Shown: positions 14,358 to 29,427 of the stretch, piece after piece
How the letters are laid out: every line of letters starts with the position of its first letter
Numbering within the stretch: the first letter of the stretch is position 1
Source of the DNA: the human T2T-CHM13v2.0 reference genome, Homo sapiens
DNA length: 64,000 nucleotides
Assembly (NCBI RefSeq): GCF_009914755.1
Contig: NC_060928.1
Direction: 5' to 3' (one strand)
Position numbers and translations under genes: made by a program
The notes under the pieces: model-generated
Told to the model about the DNA's origin: nothing
Database searches by the model: none
The model's input: the letters and a program-made list of their open reading frames with translations, nothing else

Positions 14358-16640
14358 TGTAGGATTTTTGATGGAGAGTGGAGGCATAGGCCCTCCTGCT
14401 CCAAGATCCCCAAACCCATCTGAGGTTTCTATTACCCCTACGTACAGGACTGGACTTTCCAAGAGCTACCCCGACTTATTCTCTTGCTCTATTTCCCACT
14501 TCTCCTGCTTTGCTTCCAGTCCAGCGAAGATTTTTTAAAAATCGTCACTGTCTAGTCTGGGGAGGGGAGCTTATATAATTTTGCATTCTTTTGAATCTCT
14601 TAGTTATGGCATAAATCCTGCTATTTAGTAGTTTTGTTCTAGGGCTGGACTCCAGTCATGTGATTTGGAGTGATTTTCTCAGCTTTAGCAATACAGAAAT
14701 TGAATAGCATGGTATGTTCAAGCTTTGCTTCTTATTAATTTTGTTTGTAGAAATACACTGGGCACAATTTGTGCTGGGGGTCCTGATCTAGTTCTCTTGA
14801 AGTGTTCAGTAATATGCGGAGATCTACTATTCACTTTTCTTCAGAGATTCTCATTTTTAACATTGAAAAGAAATGGTCTTGTCTGAAAAGCTTTTGCTTG
14901 CCACGCATATGGAAACGCATTTAGGAATAAATGACTACTGTTTCTGCTGTTTCGGCAATGGGTTATTGTGATAACACAGAGATTAACAACATGTTGGATA
15001 AACATTGGTAAAGCCCAGCTGTATACTTTTAGGGCATGGTTTTGGAACTTCATGTTCATTTCTCTTTATCTGTGGGGTATCTGCTTCATGAAGTGGTACC
15101 TACAAGTTTAGAGCTTATAGAACAAAGCCTTGATCAGCTGCTGTGATGGCCATGTCACAGCCACAGCTTCATTTTTCATCCTCCAGGGTCTTGTTAATCT
15201 CCTTCAGTGCTTAACCGAGAGTAATTCCATTGAAATGGGTTGGAGTTCCCTTAGAATTAAAACTCTTATGTGTATTGGTCTGCTATCTTTAGTCTATTTC
15301 ATTGCCTTTCCTCTTTTCTGAGCAGATATTGGATCTAAGGTTCTAGGTGAAGAAGCAATGAACACTCATAAGATGAAAAGTATAACTTGGAGGAAGAAAC
15401 CCCAGGGAAAGGTTTTGTCTCCAGGTAAATGGACAGATCACATGAGATCTTTAATTCCCGTGCCTGTACAAGCTTCCATAAATGGAACATGTAGCAGAGA
15501 GGACCAGATTGACAAGAAGCACTCAGAAGAGAAGCCTGTGCCTCCATCCTGTGGCTGGCTGGGGACCATCACACACGGGAGGCTGTGTGCTGAGGAATGG
15601 GTGTTTGGAGGAATATCCTCCTAACCAGCTTTTCAGTGGACTCAGATGTATAAAAAGAAAAAGTTGCCAAGGACTGTACTTGCTTTCCCAGATTGTCCTA
15701 GGGTACATTGCATTAGCCTAAAATGGCAACCCTCTATCTTCCTAGTGTAATAATAATAGCAGTGCTGTTTGCTTGGCTCTGTGATTTCTACCCTTAAAAC
15801 CCTTGCACTCAGTGTACATATAGCAGAAACTTCTTACAGTATAACCAGTAAGATTATAGGATTTCTATTAATACATTAGTCAAATGGTAACCCTAAAAGC
15901 ACTGAACATTGAAAATACAATCCAATAGGATAACCCAGTAACGTGAGCATTTGTCCTGTGTCCCAACACCAGCATCACAAAGCGACTCAGCCATAGTCAC
16001 TCTCCAAATAAAAAAATATATAAATTCATCCTGTGGAGCTGTGCGTGAGAATTTTACAACATTACACAAATTGATGGTGCCCCTCAGTATAAAGAGCACA
16101 GTCTTTGTAGACACAGCCTTGGGTTTAGCCTCACACTGGTGACTTTCTTAACCCTGGCAAGGTAATTAACCCTATCCAAACCAGAGCTTTCCATCTAGTG
16201 CACCACGAAGGGTTTACAGATGTGCTGAGAGACTGGTCCTCTCAGTTCTTGAGGAGGTACTTGCTGTGATGTGAAAAAGACTAGAAACATCATCATCATC
16301 TCAGTTTCTTCATCTGTCAGTCATAATTGTATTTTTCTCATGGGGTTGCTATAAGGAATAAATATTGATCTCTGCAAGGTGTTCAGCACAGCACTTAGTA
16401 AGTGATTACCAAATGACAGTATGTCTAGTCTATACAGTCCTCAGCCAACCAGTCACTTTGGCCAGCATTTGGAAAATGTCTGAAAGATAATTAATTCCAA
16501 ACTATTGCACAAAGAGAATCCTGAAAGTCGTGAGCAAGGCCATCAAACAAGTAATTCCACTCCAGAAAAGTCAGGCCATCCTAGATTTAATATAATGATG
16601 GCCATTGGAACAAATTCTAGCTTTGCCTGCCAAGTTGCTC

Positions 16641-16953
16641 TTTTTTTTTTTTTTTATACTTTAAGTTCCAGGGTACATGTGCACAACGTGCAGGTTTGTT
16701 ACATATGTATACATGTGCCATGTTGGTGTGCTGCACCCATTAACTCGTCATTTACATTAGGTATATCTCCTAATGCTATCCCTCCCCCCTCCCCCCATCC
16801 CATGACAGGCCCTGGTGTCTGATGTTCCCCTTCCTGTGACCAAGTGTTCTCATTGTTCAATTCCCACCTATGAGTGAGAACATGCTGTGTTTTGTTTTTT
16901 GTCCCTGCAATAGTTTGCTGAGAATGATGGTTTCCAGCTTCATCCATGTCCCT
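16641..16953 (-). mobile_element. L1PA 3' UTR end with poly(A), 3' part of the U6/L1 chimera
   Basis: T15 then atactttaagttccagggtacatgtgcacaacgtgcagg..., the antisense primate L1 3' terminus. TSD caagttgctcttt at 16631-16643 and 17060-17072. Confidence 0.95.
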
Positions 16954-17059
16954 AAAAATATGGAACGCTTCACGAATTTGCGTGTCATCCTTGCGTGGGG
17001 GCCATGTTATCTTCTCTGTAACATTCCAATTTTAGTATATGTGCTGCTGAAGCGAGCAC
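16954..17059 (-). pseudogene. RNU6-145P: Full-length U6 snRNA retropseudogene (5' part of a U6/L1 chimera)
   Basis: Reverse complement reads GTGCTCGCTTCAGCAGCACATATACTAAAATTGG...ACAGAGAAGAT...CGTGAAGCGTTCCATATTTTT, about 7 differences from U6. U6 identity is certain; the pseudogene number is from memory. Confidence 0.93.
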
Positions 17060-17189
17060 CAAGTTGCTCTTTAAGGCATCCTTCTTTCACAGTAAGTAGC
17101 TAGAAAAGTATGAATGCTTCGGTTCCCTATTCCACTGAAAATAAAATGATTTCCTCAAATTTGAGAGCTGTTACAATTTGTTTCCAATA

Positions 17190-17928
17190 TACAGTGGTAC
17201 CCCTGATCCACAGGGGAGACATTCCAAGACCCCCATTGGGTGCCAGAAACCATGGACAGTACCGAATCCAATTGTCATCAGTTGGAACACATTTCTGTTT
17301 GTGCCTTTCACCCAAAACTTAATGCCTTTTCCATCTTAACTCAACACTTATCACACACTGTGGCCATAACTTTTGCAGTTGGAGGTGTGATAGCAAAACT
17401 AGCATAAATTTGTTTTTCCATCTTCCCAATTTCATGGATAGATTTATTCTTACTGTAGATTTTAGCAACCTCAGCGTACATTTTTTTTTCTAAAGTCAAG
17501 AACTTCCACTTTTTTACTTCACCATACTTTATGTACGGTTTCTCTCTGGTGTATCTGAGAGCATCACCAATGCTCTGGTGATTGCCAGCATCACTACTCC
17601 TACACTTTAGAACCATTATTAAGTAAAATAAGGGGTACTTGAACACAAGCACTGTGATACTGCAACAGTCAATCCGATAACTGTGACAGCTGCTGACTAA
17701 TGGACAGGTGGCATCTATAGTGTGGATACACTGGACAAAGGGAGGATTCACTTCCCTGGGCCCAGTGGAGTTGCACAGTGCAAGATTTCATAATTCTACT
17801 CAGAACAGTGCAGAATTTAAAACTGATGCATTGTTTATTTCTGGAATTTTCCATTGAATATTTTTGGACCATGGTTGACTGAGGATGATTAAAACTACAG
17901 AATGCAAAACCATTAATAAGGGGGAATC
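17190..17928 (-). mobile_element. MER44/Tigger7-type DNA transposon
   Basis: Reverse complement ccccttatt...gtcaaccatggtccaaaaatattcaatggaaaattccagaaataaac. The other end, cagtggtacccctgatcc, is TIR-like. Confidence 0.75.
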
Positions 17929-20900
17929 AGGGCCCAGATTATTATTTGTCCTCATATAGCTGGGTCTTGATGAGCTATCATTTTATTTTGTTTTACCTCT
18001 GGGTGCCCTGGGCACAGTTCCCTATTCTGTGCCTACTCTGGGGACACATATATTAGGATCAGAGGTGGCAAGACTATCTGTAAAAGGAAATTGAAAAGAC
18101 ATTTAAAAACCTAAAGGAAGATTAGTGATTTCCCAGAGAAACTCAATGGCAGATGTCACTGGAATCAAGAACCATTGCTCTCATGCCTGGAAAACCTGTT
18201 TCCAAAATGTTCCCTTTTGCTGCCAAGGGATCAGCTGCTCCAGTAGCTCAGCATCTTGGCAATTGTGGGAAGAGGACAGAGGTGAAGAATCTCTGGGCTT
18301 ATTAGACATGACCTTAGAGAACACTGATGTGGGAAAGCAGAGAATGAACTTACAATGAGTGCAGGATGTTTGAAAGCAATACACTAAGAAAATGTTTCAT
18401 ATTTTAAAATCTAAGTAATAAGCATGTAAAACACTACCTTCTCTCCTAAACCAAATCAGCTGTTTGGATGTAAAAAATAATAACCAAATAGTAAATGCAC
18501 TTAATTTTTTAAAAGGAGTTTGCTGGGAAGCTATTAATGAAATAGAAATTGAGGAAGTCTTACTCAAGCTGCGTTTTGTTTTTGGAACTGCAGAACACAC
18601 TCCCGTGTCTGGAGTAGTGTCTGAGAACACAGAAATGGGAATCTGAATACTGGGTTTCCAATAACTGCTTTGCAAATATTTAGCTCTATGACCCTGGGTA
18701 GGACAAAGACAATCTTGATGCATCATTCCACACCTGTAAAATTATTATTTATAAGGTTCGAGAGTCTATGGCATGAAATTCAGAGACTCGGGGGTCCAAT
18801 AAAGAGATTATGTATGAAAAGACCTGGCCCAGTGCCTGGTATGCAGTAGGCATGCCATGAGGTAGCCTTCTGGTGTGTGTGTAAAGCACAAAGCCCCAAG
18901 ATTTCAGGGCTGAGTGGAGCCTTATGGGTTATTCCATATTTTCTATTTGTCTTTGTATGTTTCCATTCTGACCCATTGTGCATTGATTTTAAAGATTAAA
19001 CTCTCATAAAACAACCTCATGTTCTGCATTTCTAAGCTATTGGGGGCAGATGGGACCTTCATTGAAACCCCCAAGTCCAAACATATGTGTTTACCATGGT
19101 CACAGCCTACTATGTGGCAGATAAATTGTCTGTTTAGTTGTCTATGTCCCTTGACCAAGAATTTCTTGACATACAGGGACTCCCATTTTTTGAGCTCCGT
19201 AGCACATCCGATGCAAAGCAGTTGCTTGATATATATTTATTGTTGTCATTGACCATTAAACATACAAAAAAAATGTAGTCTGATTGAATTGAATTTAGAC
19301 GTACGTGAAGAAATAATAAGTTACCAGAAGAGTGGTGTCCTGGTTGAAATGGGACACATAAGGGCAAGCACTTGCCATTGTCACCCAGCCCTTCAGGGTA
19401 AGCAGCATCCTTAGCCCACAGTTTCTCATCATGATCACAAGAGAAATGCAATCTCTGATGGGTACTCTACCCATTGTCCTGGGCCTACCTATCCACAGAT
19501 CTATTCCTGCACCTTTCCCAGAAGGCTAACCCCTGCAGGCTATACTCAGTCTCCCTAGTCAACTGACTTCAAAAAGGAGAAATTGGCACTTAACATGACA
19601 CACGCTCTGCTGTCCTCTTTTTGACTTCCTCCTTAAGGACCATGGAAAAGATTTACTCCCCAGATCCATTTTTGTATGATAATTAAAGGGCCCTTGTAGC
19701 AAATGGACTAAGAGCTTCCCAGGTCCAGCTCAATACCCCTTCCTTCCAAAAGATCATCCTATTCCTGCCTGGCCTCAGTGGTTACTCTCTGGTCTGAACA
19801 CACATAGCACTTCCAGTTTCTAATTCATGTTTAATACTTGAAATCTACTACCTTGCATTGCTATTTATCTTTTTTGTAGGCCTTTCCTTTTCAACTAGAC
19901 TATAAGAGAGTAGACTCCATTAACTACATGTTTTGTATCCGCTAGGCCTAGCACACAGTAGGTACTGAAAATACCAGTTTTTTATAATGGTACTGATGAA
20001 GAAAAGTACCATTCCCACTGGATGTTGTTAGCCATTGGGAGGGCTGTGCCTAATGGACTTTGAAGTTCACCTGAGCCTGAATTCTGATTCTTCCCCCATA
20101 TTTGATATTTAACTTGGGGCAAATTATTTCCATTCCTCTTTGAAAATGAGAGCAATTCTCTCTTAGGATTATTTGGATAAAATTTATTAACTTTAGACTG
20201 ATTAGCACCAGGGAAACAATCCCAACTGGAAGTTATGGTGATCTTGATGACAATAATAATACTTAAGGGGCTGCTGCATAATATCCTGACCAACATTTCA
20301 TCCCAAATTTCCACTGTAGGAAGTAGAAACTAGATGTGCCCAAACATTTTAAAACAGCTATTTTATTGAAGTAATTTCATGTTTATAGAAAACCAGCCTG
20401 CAATAGAAATCAGCCCCTCACTTATGGTTCACGGTCACTTGATGAATGGCCCATCGTCATAAAATAAGCAGGGAGTTTGGCTGGGAGCCATGCCACAACC
20501 ATTTTATTGGAATGACTTCGTTGTCACTGCATCCCCACACTCATCTCTCTCCTACAGCACAGTTTTGAGTGATTGAAGTTAGTTTGGGCAAGAATTCCAG
20601 ACAGGGAAAAGCAAATAAGTGTGTCAGGAGGTCAAAAGAGAAGAATAAGCCAGAGGCGGAGGAAGAAATGCGGAGCTGATAATTGAAAGATAATGGATGT
20701 AGGGGTGGGTTACAGCAACACAGTGGGAGGGGGATCCAGACCCCGCGCTTTCTCAGGCATCTGAGCGAGACCCAGGGTTACAACTCATCTTACAAGATCT
20801 ATGAAGCATGGATTTCAAAATATTTGGGCCACCCAGTATGGAATTTGGGCAAATGGCACTATTGAATAAAGCCATTGACAAATTACTTTCCTTTCATTTC

Positions 20901-21549
20901 CTTCACTGGCAGGATCTTCTGTTTATGCCTCCTGAGATGCAAAACTGGAAGGAGTAAATTTGCTGACAAGTATCCATGTGCAGGGACACTTGATGGAATT
21001 TTTATCATGCAAAAATAGTCTTGGATGATGGGTTGAGAGATTGCCAGGAATCTCTGGAATCTAACCCTCAGTTGAGCATATAGAGGTTTCATTTTAAGGT
21101 GGTATCAAGGTGAAGAACTTATAAAACTAAGCTGTATTGATTTTTTTTCTTTGCAAATGTTTGAATTTTGTAATAGGCATTCATTCCCAGCGAAATCTTA
21201 ACTAAATAGGAGGCTGGAAATCTGTGACGTAGTGGACCAAGGTTAGGTTTTAAAGGTAGGACTTTTTAATCAGACAGTTAACTCTAGAGGTTTATACAAG
21301 ATCATAACTTTAATCCCTCCATGCCCCTGTTGTCTTATCTGTAAAATAAATATAATAATCATCATCCCAAAGGTTATAAGAATTAAAGCAAATTATAAAG
21401 GAAGTAGCCCCTGGCCTTAGGAGACCCTCAAAGTTTAAATGTCCTTTTTCTTTTCACTTCTCTCTCTTATTTTAACTCCTTCCTATCCAGCTCCAGCAAT
21501 TTTCTCTGATTTTCTGTGTATCTGATGGAAACAGCCTTTGCTGAACTTA

Positions 21550-22410
<861 letters not shown>

Positions 22411-22633
22411 CTTTAAGATTTTTGGTGTTTATGAAGGTGCTTTTTAGTGTAGGTAGTTGTTAAATTGGTGCCCTCACAGGGGGCATTAGGGGATGATGGG
22501 TGGAGCCTTCTATTCTGCCGCCTTGCTCCACCCCAAGTCAGTAGTGTTTTTTTAGGGCATGATAAATTGAATATTCTAAAGGTGATTATGGTGATGGTTC
22601 TACAACTCTGTGAATATACTAAAAACCATTTAA

Positions 22634-22933
<300 letters not shown>

Positions 22934-24274
22934 TGAATTGTACATTTTAAAAGGGGAAACTTTATGGTATGTAAATTACATCTCAATAAAGCTGTTGGAA
23001 AAAAAGAAAAGGAGGAGGTGGTCAGAGACTGAGATGCTTAAAATTGAGATTAGGGAAGATTTCCACATTGGCAATAACAAGAGCTAGAGTCTGACCATGG
23101 AAGTTGAGTAGCCAAGATGGCTTGGAGGAGGAGTCAAGGAAGACAGAGGCCCAAGTACTGGAAGGACATCTGTGAGGATATTGGTGTCACTAAGAATGGT
23201 GGCAAAAGTCATGTTGGTGAGAGGTCTGACAGTGAGCTGGGGGGAAAATCTTCACCAAGTCAGGAGTGACCTGAGAGTTTGCAGATGACTACAACAAGGA
23301 AGCATGGCAGGTAGGAATCTGATAGCAGGATGTTCCAACTGGGTGTGGGTAGAAAAAATGTTCTGAAATTTGAATATTGGTGAAGGACTTAAAAAAAACT
23401 TCAAGTATTAAGGGCCTACTCTACTTTTCCTTTATTAATTAATTCATTCATGCAACATGTATTTGTTCTTTTGGGGACACCATTATCTACTCATTTGGCC
23501 ATATCTGCAGATGCTCCCAAACATGGTGGAGCTGGCTTTTGATGGCCAGAATCCCAGATTCTGTTATAATAATCTCCTTTCAATGAGTTCCCCAAGGACC
23601 TATTACCCACTAGTATAGTGGAGGGCTGTTCTGATCAGTATGCAGCCTTTCCTTGATCACTGTCATCATATTGGCCATCATTGTTTAGTTACACTAATAT
23701 AGTATATGGCTTTATGTTTCTTAGGCTGTAGGGAGCTGCCTGTTTTAGAATTAGATGGAAGAAGTTGTGATAAGCTTTGCCTTTGGACAGATCTGGGTTT
23801 AAATCTTAGCTCTGCTATTTATAACTTCATAACTTCGGGAAACTTAATATTGCTGAGTCTTAGTTTCTTATCTACAAAATATTTACCTCATAAATATTGG
23901 TGAGAATTAAATAACATGTGTGTGTCAAACTCCAAACAGATAGTAGGCACAACCAGAGATGTTAGTTCTCTTTCCTTTCCCTTGTTTTCCTTCCTTCACC
24001 TTTATGTTAATGTTGCTTCTGCTATTTTATTTCTAGCTTCTATCATGTCCAGGGTCTGGGTTCTGATCAGAAGCCTTCCTCTAGGGATGGTTGAAATTAT
24101 CAAGCCAACTTCCAGATTGGCATAGAGTCACTCTGATTGTTTACTTTAGTGTGCCATGTTATGCTTCTCAAGGTGTTTTATAAAATGTTTCTAATCTTAC
24201 TCTTTAATACTGTGAGGTATATAAGTGAGGCATTAGTATTCCTAATTTATGGAAGAGAATATAAGATACTGAAA

Positions 24275-24500
24275 GTAGCTAACATTTATTGGGCATTTAT
24301 TAAATATCATTTTTCTAAATGTTTTACATCCATTAACTAACTTAATCCTCGCAGCAATTCTATGAAATAGGTATTATTAACTTTATCTCACAGGAAGGGA
24401 AACAGGCACAGAGAGGTCAAATAATGTGTTGAAGGTCACATAACTTCTAAGCATGGGGGCCAGATTTGAACCCAGGCAGTCTGGTTACAAAACTTAACCA
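24275..24500 (-). mobile_element. MIR
   Basis: aacatttattggg...ggaaacaggcacagagagg...gatttgaacccaggcagtctgg. Confidence 0.8.
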
Positions 24501-24529
24501 ATATATGGCCTCTAATGTAAGACAAGTAA

Positions 24530-24882
<353 letters not shown>

Positions 24883-26359
24883 TGGCCTCTGGAATCTGAT
24901 GGAGATGGAAAATGTTGGTAGCTCACTGTGGTCACTAATAGAACACTATTGTTATCTTCAGCAGGAGGGAGGCATTCCATACCTCCTGCATGAGTTTTAT
25001 TACCCTGTTTCCTTCTAGCTCAGCCACCCTTGAGAATTCTTTTGCTGAGACAAACAAGACAATCCCTCTGAGATAGTAGCAATAATTGCCACCCTTGTCC
25101 TATTTTAGTTCTGCTTGTTGCAAGCCAAGTTCTAATATTAAAGCCAGTACTAAAAAATCATAAACTTTCTCAATATCATAAGTCTAAACACGTAGGGGAA
25201 GCTTTGGAAAACTTTAGGAAACAAATAATTCATGAGGTCAAAATCAATCTCATAATGAACAAGTAGATTTTTTTCTTTGGAAGCGGAAGAATATCTGGCC
25301 TAAGATCGAACCATTGGACACTCATGAAACTTATCTTAGAACAGTGAAACTATCTAGTCAGTCACATTGTGGATTATTTACTAAGTGCTAGAAATCTCAT
25401 AGTTAAAGCATTTCATCAGGAGTAGATGATCAAATATTTAAAATATCAAGAGATTTGTTATTTTTCTTCTTGCTGGCACTGATTTAGTTTCTAACCACTA
25501 GAATTTCTCCCAGACCAGGAGTAGGGAAAAAAAGAGAAGAGAAAACTAAAGCCTAACTATTTTAGTATGTTAATAACTTTGATATGAATCTGATGAAGAA
25601 AGAGTTGAAAATTATTAGCTAAAATGAGATAGGGCATGTGTGTGCCTATATGTATATTTAACTATTGCCCTGTGAGCCCTATTCTATTTGAATTGGCAAT
25701 AAAAAGTGGACTTACCTTATATACTTGTAAAATGCATGAAATACATATACAATTTGTTGACTTATTTATTTCTAAAGACTCAGTCTCTCCACTGATGTAG
25801 TTACTGAAAAGAAGTTCTCTTTTCCTTATTTGTAAAACGTTTTACATATACATCCCCTATATGTACGTTATAATAGATGTTCTACACAGATATGCATATT
25901 GCATATACATATTATGTTTCCATGAATAAATACAGCAGAATTTCAGTCTAAGGAATGAAAAGATTATGACTTAAACATAAACCAACTGGAGCAATTCAAA
26001 GGGTCTTTCTTAAGAACATGGAATAAACGTGCTAAGATGGCTGAAATTATTTAAAGAATTAGGTAAAATATACATAAATTCCTTTAAATTTAAAGAAAAT
26101 TTTTAAAATTAAATAAAATATAAATGAATGCCTCAGTCTTTGATCTGAATGCAGCAGAAAAAGGGGATTGAGGCATGGCTGGGGGCCAGCTAGCCTTGGC
26201 CTCTTGCTCTCTGAATGGCCCTGGTCCATCCCCTCTTTGAAGCTGAGTAGAGTTCACTGGGCTGAGGCATACAATAACGGCAGGGGCTCGGGGAATTCAT
26301 AAGAGGGAAAAAAGTCGCACTGCACTTTCTGAGAAGGCCGGGATTCACATATGTGGGCG

Positions 26360-26384
26360 CACACACACACACACACACACACAC
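26360..26384. repeat. (CA)n
   Basis: Directly visible. Confidence 0.9.
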
Positions 26385-26860
26385 CAGGAAATGGAGAGTA
26401 TTGCCCTTGTCACAGAATAGGCATTCTTATGGCCCCTCCACACATTTCAAGAGACTTTGAGAAACTAGTTTGGGGCTGGAACTGTCTCCCATGCCCTTTC
26501 TAAGATCTGAGAGCCCAGTGCCCAATTTAGGAGAGTTCAAACACCAGGAACACAAAAGACTCAATTTGGAGTGCAGCGGCCTCTTGTCTGTCAATCCTGT
26601 TTGCTGAACCTGCTCCTCCTTCAGGGTACTAAAACGGGATGGAGCAGAGGAAGGACTGGGATCAAGGATAGGAGTCCTCTATGATGGTGCTCATTCTCCC
26701 TCCATAAGGAGCAGATGTTACTTCTCTTGAGGATGTGTTATTTCATTTCCTACCTCCCCCTACAAACAATTGTGATGAGGAGGAGGAGGAGGATGGTGAT
26801 AAAGGCCAACAGCATTTTTTGATCCCTGACTGTTGGGTATTATGCTAAGCTTTACATTCA

Positions 26861-26977
26861 TCACCACAGTCTACTTTCATTCCCTCAATAATCCCCAGCA
26901 GTAGGTGCCAATATCCTCACCATAGTCTACTTTCATTCTCTCAATATTCCCCAGCAGTAGGTGCCATTATCCTCACC
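26861..26977. repeat. 56-bp tandem duplication
   Basis: tcacca(c/t)agtctactttcattc(c/t)ctcaata(a/t)tccccagcagtaggtgcca(a/t)tatcc x2. Confidence 0.92.
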
Positions 26978-27056
26978 TTCCCTGTTTCTCTGGAAAATAA
27001 ACTGAGGCTTAGAGGAAAGAATTAACTTGCTTAAGGTCACACAGCTAGTAAGTGGT

Positions 27057-27550
27057 TATGGTAGGTAGAATAATCTCCAGAGATGTCCACCTCCTAGTCC
27101 ATGTGACTATGTTGTGTTACGTGCCATGGGAAATAAAGGTTGCAGATGGAATTAAGGTTGTTAATCAGCTGACCTCTAGATTGGGGAGATTCTCCTAGAT
27201 TATCTTATTGGGCCAAATATAATCACAAAGATCCTCATAAATGAAAGAAGCAGGAGAGTCAGTGTCAAAATGGCACAGAGTGAGAGAGACTTGATGGCCA
27301 TTGCTGGCTTTGAAGATGAAAGAAGCCGTAAGTTAGGTCTGTGGAAGGCTCTGGAAGCTAGAAAAGGAAAGGAAACCAATTCTACCTTGGAATCTCCAGA
27401 AAAGAACACAGCTAGCTGACACCTTGGTTTTAGGCTAGTGAGTCCCATTTTGGACTTCTGACCTCCAGAACTGTAAAATACTAAATTTGTGTTGCTTTAA
27501 GCCGGTAGGTTTGCAGTGATTTGTTACAGCAACCAGAGGAAACTAATACA
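27057..27550 (+). mobile_element. MLT1D-like LTR inserted in a MIR
   Basis: tggtaggtagaataat...ggttgcagatggaattaaggttg...ggacttctgacctccagaactgt...aactaataca. Confidence 0.88.
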
Positions 27551-28070
27551 GTGGTAAAGCTGAAGCCTGAAGTCTGGCCCTAGACCTTCTGGTACAGAGC
27601 TGTGCCTTGCTCCTTATAGTGCAGGCCTTGGTAGAAAGGAATAGACCACTCTGCTGAACAGCTCCACCAGACAGGCCCAAAGGCCTAAGAGACACAAAAC
27701 AGATCATGAACACTCCAGGAATGGCAGACATTCTGTCCCCATCCAGCCAGGGAATGGTGGGGTGGGGTGAGCAAGTTCTCTTCAAAACGCTGAATCCCTG
27801 GGACCATGGCATTTCCCCACTGATCACATTCATTCTGTCTGGTCCTTCAAGGAGGTAACAGACTAGTGGGGGGCACAGTCAAGGTAAACAGATAAGTACC
27901 TTTCCATGGGATAGTGCTATGATAGAGTTTATGGAAAAGCATAGAAGAGGCATGCTACCAGTTTCAGGGGCTTCAGGAGGGCTCCCTAGGGAAGGTGATC
28001 ACTGAACTGAGTCTTGAAAGGTGAGTTAGGGGGTTGTGAGGCTGAGGGTGGTAGAGGAGGAAGCTGCACC

Positions 28071-28129
28071 TGGAAAGTCCTGGAGGTATATGAGAGTGTG
28101 GGAAGTCCTGGAGGTATACGAGCGTGTGG
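28071..28129. repeat. 28-bp tandem duplication
   Basis: tgg(a/g)aagtcctggaggtata(t/c)gag(a/c)gtg x2. Confidence 0.85.
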
Positions 28130-29138
28130 CTTACCCAAAAGCTGCACATGGATTTGACAGGACTAATTGAGTTTTTATTTGTTTGTTTCATCCTATCACT
28201 GGTAAGACAATATTTGTATCAGTCAGAAGATACCAGGTTAGGCTACAGTAACAAACAACCCCAAATCTCGTGGCTTAAACCACAGGTTTATTTCATGCTC
28301 ATTCTACATGTCCATGATGTGTCTGCAGGGCAGCAGCTCGTTTTAGTTTCCCAGTGACCCTAGCTTACAGAGTAGTCATCATCTCAAACATTATCAGTCA
28401 CCATGCCAGAGGGAAAGGAAACTCTGAAGGATCTCTGCCTGGAGATGACACGTGTTTTTTCTGCTCAAAATATGCTGACAAGAAATGTTTCATGGCTCTA
28501 CCCAACTGCAAGTGGCCCAGCCTAGAACTCAATGAAAAAAAGCATTTCCTCTGAAGCCAAGGTGGAGAGCCAGGAATACTTGTTGAACAGAATTAATGAC
28601 CAACACTGTGTTTGTTAGCCATTTTGTGTGTGACACTGTTCAACCAAACACTAAGCAATTTAGAAAGACTGGTATTTACCTTCTTAGACTTCTTATTAGC
28701 CACTAGTGCCCTAAGTCTTCTCTAATCGTGGATTTCAATACCATTATCCTCACTGTTCCACAACAACTTCCTGTTTTTATATTATGCACCCATGACTTTT
28801 CTAAGAAAGCATGTTTCTAGTTTGCTTTTGCCATCAAGAATCTTAGAGCCAAATTTGCACTATAGTACGTTCCAGGTAGCCCTTATTATCTGCAAACAGT
28901 TGGTACCAGAAAAAGTCTGTCTAAGGGAATCCATTGTAAAACAGGGAGCAAAATATGATGTTAGATTATGCAGAGTTGAAAAACAAAACAAATGAGTATG
29001 AAAATAAATTTACTTAATTTTACTTTTAAAACACTTATATCACATTGCAACCACGTGCTAATTCTCAGCATGAAAAATTAACCATGTTGACTTTTTGGGT
29101 CCCACTTTCCTCAAAAAATTTTAAGATAGCTCAATGGC

Positions 29139-29427
29139 TTTTTTTTTTTTTTTTTTTTTTTTTTTTGATGCAGAGTCTCACTCTGTGGCCCAGGCTGGGG
29201 TATAGTGGCACAATCTCGGCTCACTGCAGCCTCTAGCTCCCAGGTTCAAGTGATCCTCCTGCCTCAGCCTCCTGGCTTTTTTTTGTTTTGTTTTGTTTTT
29301 GTATTTTTAGTAAAGATAGGGTTTCGCCATGTTGGCCAGTCTGGTGTTGAACTTCTGGCCTAAAGTGATCTGCCCACCTCAGCCTCCCAAAGTGCTGGGA
29401 TTACAGGCGTGAGCCACTGCACCTGGC
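29139..29427 (-). mobile_element. Alu with internal deletion and long T tract
   Basis: cagcctcc joins directly to tggctttt, with ~40 nt of the arm missing. Confidence 0.9.
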
